NCBI RefSeq assembly: GCF_006345805.1
Contig: NC_043003.1
Span: forward strand, 78,616,001-78,680,000
Length of the DNA: 64,000 nt
Direction: 5' to 3'
DNA from: Octopus sinensis
Taxonomy: Eukaryota
Numbering within the stretch: the first letter of the stretch is position 1; every line of letters begins with the position of its first letter. Made by a program: the position numbers and the translations under genes. Positions 61,808 through 64,000 of this stretch are shown one piece after another. Under the pieces are notes generated by a model. That model did not search any database. It was not told the DNA's origin and saw only the letters and a list, made by a program, of their open reading frames with translations.

Positions 61808-62687
61808 CAACACTGCAACCACCATGGTCACCACCACCACCACCACTGCAACCACCAGCCACCACCACCACCACTAACACCATCACTGCAGCCACCAGTC
61901 ACCACCACCACTACAAAGATTATAACAATAACTATAAAAAAAAAACTTACTCAATATTGAATTCCTCTTTTTGTGAAACGTCTTTGAATGAAACCTTTTT
62001 GGGCAATTTTACATTACTGCCAGTATCTTTTAGTGATGCACCTGGGACATTAAGTGTTTCTGACTTGCCCTTTTTCCCTTCTAATTTAGAAATTAAATCC
62101 TCTGCTTTAAGTTCTACATGTGTCCCTGATGCATCTTTAACATCTACCATTTTATTCCCTGCAAAATCAGTTTGCAAAGTTAAACTTTTGGTATTTCTCT
62201 CATCAGCTGTCTCATCATAAGCAGCTACATTTGGGGATAATTTGTTATTGTCAGGGAGTGACTTGCGTATATAATTAGAGTCTTTTTGTAGATAATTTGA
62301 TTGTTTCGATAACAATGTACTCATTACTGCAGAGTCTTGCCATTGGCCACCTTTGTTGTCAGCTGCTATCAGTTTAGAAATAATTGTTGCAGAAGTTTGT
62401 GAAGGGAGATCCACAGTGTGATCCATTGATTCAGGCCAGAAAAGAGTATCATTAATATCAAAAATATTTGAATAACACAGAGGTATGCATGGTTTCTCAT
62501 TTTCTCGGCCCACACTGTAGTTTGGAAGATAGCCTACTTTATGTATTTGGATGTTCTCCGGAAATAGGTGGGATGGGTAACAGTGAATAATCCCAACGGT
62601 GAGGGCAGAACATCCTTCATCACTAAGTTGGTTAACATTAGCACCACAGTTGAGCAGTATTTCAATGATTTCATCATTTCCTATAGA
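21812..62687 (-). CDS. ANKMY1: Ankyrin repeat and MYND domain-containing protein 1-like, 3' part; join(62687..61951,57994..57823,56463..56323,51760..51659,49884..49777,47090..46959,43421..43314,40392..40260,35884..35725,27219..27054,22096..21812); 5' exons lie right of the window
   Basis: Eleven exons with mutually consistent phases encode several ankyrin repeats (GANVNQLSDEGCSAL, GADPNA...VLYFAI, GGVTPLHVAC, GGRTPLHIAC, NGFSPLALAI), the segment DSRIAHLPYHAL, and a MYND zinc finger. Confidence 0.88.
24527..24563 (-). ncRNA. Candidate U3-A8 variant minimal hammerhead
   Basis: CTG-TTGAAAA-G-GTTGC[AAGAC]GCAAT-GAA-AATT-T-TAG; only a 3-bp stem I. Confidence 0.3.
27054..27219 (-). CDS. ANKMY1: ANKMY1 MYND zinc-finger exon
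   Basis: tttcag|G CAA; QAEVKYCYDCCRSAHVHLKSCTRCKAVSYCSKKCKSTAWTDRHKTECQGIVENSR (CxxC...CxxC...YCxxxC...W..HK..C). Confidence 0.9.
28300..28930 (-). mobile_element. Old, heavily decayed RTE-like LINE remnant
   Basis: Degenerate GRGRPRKT-like and DQDDW...ALEDA 3' end; interrupted frames. Confidence 0.45.
29740..29957 (+). mobile_element. Retroposon family D (Nin/Deu-like domain plus (GAT)n tail), representative of about 20 copies (e.g. 9290-9618, 10960-11256, 13790-14200, 33420-34270 -, 34272-34850, 44455-44860 -, 59160-59410 -)
   Basis: GTGGTTGGCGTTAGGAAGGGCATCCAGCCGTAGAAA...AACCCATGCTAGCATGGAAAGC.GACG[C/T]TAAATGATGATGATG. Confidence 0.85.
30090..30210. repeat. (TAG)n microsatellite; many other (TA)n, (CA)n, (AAT)n, (GAT)n and (ACAT)n tracts occur throughout, e.g. 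22680-22812, 29095-29175, 39930-40035, 42520-42600
   Basis: Direct reading. Confidence 0.9.
30751..30847 (+). ncRNA. Type I hammerhead ribozyme, canonical core; predicted cleavage GUC/ after 30835
   Basis: CTGATGA (30763-69); stem II GAAGAC/GTCTTC plus GCATA/TATGC; GAA; palindromic stem III ACATATGT; C17; stem I TTTC/GAAA, 3x3 internal loop, TCCTT/AAGGA. Confidence 0.8.
31662..32425 (-). mobile_element. 5'-truncated RTE-clade LINE: ORF2 C-terminus (234-aa open frame) with two C2H2-like fingers, 3' UTR and (TA)n tail
   Basis: KVAVYKSVVLSTLLYGAEMWTLY...RWSGHLIRMDDSRVPKQFFYGQL...RPTGRPLLRYKDKLKDNLK is typical of the RTE post-RT region; (TA)n on both sides. Confidence 0.9.
32776..33363. mobile_element. 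Tc2/pogo-like MITE with a duplicated right end
   Basis: TA-CCATAAATCCTCGAGTATA ... TATACTCGAAGATTTACGG-TA; extra right-end copy ending at 33267. Confidence 0.65.
34310..34690 (+). repeat. GC-rich tandem array of about 66-bp units (about 6 units, alternating A/B)
   Basis: Units CTGACTGGCACCC.TGCCGGTGGCAC.TAAAAAGCACCATTCGAG.GTGGTCG.TGCCAGT. Confidence 0.8.
35119..35668 (-). mobile_element. Internally deleted mariner (3' transposase remnant, both TIRs)
   Basis: TIRs TTGGGTCGTCCGGAAAGTTTGTGC / GCACAAAATTTCCGGACAACCCAA; HPPYSPDIAPSDFHLF motif; TA TSD. Confidence 0.88.
35725..35884 (-). CDS. ANKMY1: ANKMY1 exon with a poly-Glu tract
   Basis: taacag|GT ATT ATG; IMRVDYLPEDAKKKGKTLQFADIRGKAKQEEEEEEEEEVPDTEETVERGKKS; AA|GTATTT; phases fit both neighbours. 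Confidence 0.8.
36437..36962. mobile_element. Non-coding repeat of about 520-550 bp (family I) embedded in (AAT)n; copies 36437-36962, 38848-39357, 39381-39930
   Basis: Three colinear copies (GATGCAGTACC...GCACTGCTCTCTCACTC), each ending in (AAT)n. Confidence 0.8.
37001..37537 (+). mobile_element. R4/Dong-type non-LTR retrotransposon 3' fragment (restriction-like endonuclease domain plus 3' UTR) in (AAT)n; 3' UTR copy at 38463-38680 -, related fragment at 49965-50180 +
   Basis: ANRPDIILKD...LLIDMTVPID.N...KLSKYKDLEIEISKMW...PIVIGALG...QKTVLMGTAHILRK is a PD..D/E-xK RLE motif; flanked by (AAT)n, the known Dong target. Confidence 0.85.
40260..40392 (-). CDS. ANKMY1: ANKMY1 exon
   Basis: ttccag|DSRIAHLPYHALTVAERVTYNNRKQVLTFLGTKMREAILSVSKQ+A|GTAAAT. 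Confidence 0.88.
40462..40769 (+). mobile_element. Non-autonomous Helitron (same family, shorter)
   Basis: A|TCTTTATATATAAAA ... CCCAAGCAACGCCAGGCGATACTGCTAG|T. Confidence 0.8.
41103..42298 (-). mobile_element. Near-full-length decayed mariner (DD34D)
   Basis: KKLDKWVPHELNENQ, RIVTCDEKWIQY, LLQDNASPH and PPYSPDLAPTDYHLF, with stops and frameshifts. Confidence 0.88.
43314..43421 (-). CDS. ANKMY1: ANKMY1 exon
   Basis: ttttag|IETLLKYGANILREVPTGAKRVMSSVVDYAYYMFNL|GTATCA. Confidence 0.88.
46959..47090 (-). CDS. ANKMY1: ANKMY1 exon
   Basis: ttccag|AVTELLNNGAEPNLELTHGIGNSLCVAVTTQFEDQWNLEDRFDL|GTAAGT. Confidence 0.88.
47335..47683. mobile_element. hAT (Charlie-like) MITE inserted into a family D element
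   Basis: TIRs CAGTGGTTCTCAAC / GTTGAGAACCTCTG; 8-bp flanks ATGTAAAA / GTGTAAAG. Confidence 0.8.
48164..48384. mobile_element. piggyBac-like MITE, second family
   Basis: TTAA-CCCTTTCATTAC ... GTAACGAAAGGG-TTAA. Confidence 0.8.
49134..49355. mobile_element. piggyBac-like MITE, second family, inverted relative to the 48164 copy
   Basis: TTAA-CCCTTTCATTACC ... GGTATCAAAAGGG-TTAA; interior is the reverse complement of 48164-48384. Confidence 0.8.
49777..49884 (-). CDS. ANKMY1: ANKMY1 exon
   Basis: catcatag|DAAAIVRLLLEKKANPNVSTNGFSPLALAIAWGNKL|GTGAGT. Confidence 0.82.
50440..51075 (-). mobile_element. Decayed RTE LINE fragment (pre-RT/RT region)
   Basis: RLAEHFKSMFNPES...; KAFGRGSIPAEVYKYGG...IWETGSVPQQLEDVSI...DNHRAI; frameshifted. 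Confidence 0.8.
51659..51760 (-). CDS. ANKMY1: ANKMY1 exon
   Basis: REEWQLDNISPEAKLILGGRTPLHIACARNDNYE|GTAAGC. Confidence 0.85.
52384..53578 (+). mobile_element. Internally deleted maT-type element containing the full-length family C SINE
   Basis: CAGGGT ends with TA flanks; KYPVNIMVFGVITSDG...WQQDSAPCH...IWPLNSPDCNLLDYY. Confidence 0.8.
52473..52852 (-). mobile_element. tRNA-derived SINE family C, full length, with 12-bp TSD ACATAGCATAAT; other copies 18960-19222 -, 22381-22670 -, 45144-45463 +, 55475-55650 +, 57077-57374 -
   Basis: GGAGGC[A/G]CAAT[A/G]GCCCAGT[A/G]GTTAGGGCAGC...GGTTTCGATTCCC head; TSD at 52461-52472 and 52853-52864. Confidence 0.88.
53886..54080 (+). repeat. Degenerate tandem array of about 23-bp units (ATGTAAAAGTGCC...) upstream of a family D element
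   Basis: About 8 recurrences of (C/T)(A/G)TAAAA(G/A)(T/C)(G/A)CC. Confidence 0.6.
54249..55734 (+). mobile_element. Decayed maT (DD37D-type) Tc1/mariner transposon, with a family C SINE fragment near its 3' end
   Basis: TIRs CAGGGTGCATAA / TTATGCACCCTG, TA TSD; SMRSIAKDLRVSDGTIR, KFPATVMVLGVVSNEG and WPPNSPDLNLLDY. Confidence 0.88.
56323..56463 (-). CDS. ANKMY1: ANKMY1 exon
   Basis: ttttag|EGGVTPLHVACGMPGKEGIQMTELLLNSLADPNARAALDNSYLNTAL|GTCTGA (weak donor). Confidence 0.85.
57823..57994 (-). CDS. ANKMY1: ANKMY1 exon
   Basis: ttctcag|A GAC; DNKYRTCVNLLLQRGADPNAAYYPWPVLYFAIRAADVEMARSLLLKNASTSVCLSDE|GTAAGT. Confidence 0.88.
59834..60077 (-). mobile_element. tRNA-headed SINE carrying a hammerhead-like motif (family G); other copies 42760-43021 +, 60078-60265 +, 60560-60725 -
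   Basis: A-box/B-box-like head (TGGC[G/A]TAGTGG ... GAGTTC[A/G]ATTCC), (AAT)n linker, conserved body AAAAATACCTTAAGAATGAGAACCCAGGTT..., tail (AATGTAAAT)n. Confidence 0.75.
59892..59937 (-). ncRNA. Minimal type I hammerhead-like motif inside a SINE (other copies about 42912-42957 +, 60141-60185 +, 60630-60673 -)
   Basis: GACAC-CTGATGA-A-GGCTG[GAGGGTATAT]CAGCC-GAA-AC(A/G)T-T-GTGTT; Penelope-type minimal hammerhead layout. Confidence 0.65.
60725..60950. repeat. Complex (CAT/CGT)n microsatellite punctuated by ATATCC
   Basis: Direct reading; gives spurious poly-Met and poly-Ser ORFs. Confidence 0.9.
61076..61420 (+). mobile_element. tRNA-derived SINE family L (CORE-like); second copy 23040-23362 -
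   Basis: GGTGCATGGCTCAGTAGTTAGAGC head; TTCTTGAGCAAGA...TTGCT[A/C]CAGTTCA[T/C]TCAGCTGTAGAAATG shared by both copies. Confidence 0.7.
61700..61915. repeat. (CAC)n/(CAA)n microsatellite, 35 bp from an ANKMY1 donor site
   Basis: Direct reading. Confidence 0.9.
61951..62687 (-). CDS. ANKMY1: ANKMY1 large exon (ankyrin repeat followed by a low-complexity linker)
   Basis: ttctag|TCT ATA GGA AAT; open for 245 codons (SIGNDEIIEILLNCGANVNQLSDEGCSAL...EEFNI); GA|GTAAGT donor. Confidence 0.85.
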
Positions 62688-62775
62688 CTAGAAAGAAAAA
62701 AAAGAAAGAAATGGGTGAAGGGTAAACATTTTTCAACATGTTATCAACAATATCAAGAACAACAACAATGAATGT

Positions 62776-63172
62776 GGCGCAGGAGTGGCTGTGTGGTAAG
62801 TAGCTTGTTTACCAACCACATGGTTCGGGTTCAGTCCCACTGCGTGGCACCTTGGGCAAGTGTCTTCTACTATAGCCTCGGGCCGACCAAAGCCTTGTGA
62901 GTGGATTTGGTAGACGGAAACTGAAAGAAGCCCGTCGTATATATGTATATATATATATGCGTGTGTGTGTTTGTCTGTCTGTGTTTGTCCCCCTAGCATC
63001 GCTTGACAACCGATACTGGTGTGTTTATGTCCCCGTTACTTAGCGGTTCGGCAAAAGAGACCGATAGAATAAGTACTGGGCTTACAAAAGAATAAGTCCC
63101 GGGGTCGAGTTGCTCGATTAAAGGCAGTGCTCCAGCATGGCCACAGTCAAATGACTGAAACAATTAAAAAGA
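62776..63172 (+). mobile_element. tRNA-derived SINE family B with CORE-like segment and internal (TA)/(TG) microsatellite; other copies 1411-1800 +, 16436-16640 +, 27702-27865 +, 42320-42630 -, 45800-46150 -, 58103-58523 -, 63445-63820 -
   Basis: GGCGCAGGAGTGGCTGTGTGGTAAG...GGGTTCAGTCCC head, then GGCACCTTGGGCAAGTG (similar to the MIR/CORE GTGACCTTGGGCAAGT). Confidence 0.85.
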
Positions 63173-63198
63173 GAGAGAATACAAGACATTAAATTTAA

Positions 63199-63417
63199 CC
63201 CTTTAGCATTCAAGTACACCATATCTGGCCCAAATATTTGCTGTTTTTATGTTCAAACTGGTCAAAGCTAGCCTCTCATACTTACACTACAATGTCACTC
63301 TAACTATAAACAATCACATCATCAAAATCTCGAAGCTATGAGATAATGCATAATCAATTCACAATAATGTGGATAAATAAGCATTATAGTTGATGGATTA
63401 ATCTGAATGCTAAAGGG
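63199..63417. mobile_element. piggyBac-like MITE (TTAA TSD); degenerate relatives near 1800-2025, 8770-8990, 11390-11590, 43520-43720, 44860-45045
   Basis: TTAA-CCCTTTAGCATTCA ... TGAATGCTAAAGGG-TTAA. Confidence 0.82.
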
Positions 63418-63616
63418 TTAAACATCTTACTCTTTTACCCTTAAACTTGTTTCAGTCATTTGACTGTGGCCATGCTGGAGCACTGCGACCTCAGGACTTA
63501 TTCTTTGTAAGCCTAGTACTTATTCTATCAGTCTCTTTTGCCGAACTGCTAAGTTACGGGGATGTAAACACACCAGCATCGGTTGTGGGGACAAACATAG
63601 ACACACACATACATAC

Positions 63617-63663
<47 letters not shown>

Positions 63664-64000
63664 TACGACGGGCTTCTTTCAGTTTCTGTCTACCAAATCC
63701 ACTCACAAGGCTTTGGTTGGCCCGAGGCTATAGTAGAAGACACTTACCCAAGGTGCCACACCGTAGGACTGAACCCAGAACCATGTGGTTGGTAAGCAAG
63801 CTACTTACCTCACAGCCATCTTACTGCATTTTAAATAGTTCCCCAAAATTTCAATTACTTGATCTGGTAGGAGTTACCTTCCTTTTTTTAGTGTTTTAAG
63901 ATTTTGAGTACCCCAGAGAAAATTTTCGTCTATGATGGCAGTTTCTTCATGTCAGAAGATCATGACAAAGAGTGACACACTCTCAAATGGCTATGTAAAC

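Overview
AT-rich, repeat-dense animal genomic DNA. The SINE, microsatellite and transposon content suggests a coleoid cephalopod, most likely Octopus (inference). Three spliced genes were reconstructed by hand, with consistent exon phases and GT/AG ends. (1) The 5' part of IFT81 on the minus strand (exons 4158-4015, 1233-1130). (2) A complete 5-exon SPCS2 on the plus strand (6388-17004, 198 aa), head-to-head with IFT81; its third intron has a U12-type (minor spliceosome) 5' splice site. (3) The 3' 11 exons of an ANKMY1-like ankyrin/MYND gene on the minus strand (62687-21812), convergent with SPCS2 and ending in an unusual basic Gly-X-Y repeat tail. Introns are filled with tRNA-derived SINEs, RTE and R4/Dong-type LINE fragments, decayed mariner and maT transposons, piggyBac-, hAT- and Tc2-like MITEs, non-autonomous Helitrons and microsatellites. 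The most striking unexplained signal is a set of hammerhead-ribozyme-like folds in four unrelated repeat families. One is a canonical-core type I hammerhead capping a long perfect hairpin (30720-30890). One is a minimal hammerhead carried inside a tRNA-headed SINE (4 copies). Two are apparent compensatory core variants: G3-C8 (10627-10678; a second copy of that repeat stops exactly at the predicted cleavage site and folds back) and U3-A8 (24527-24563). All folds were read by eye; none has been computed or tested.
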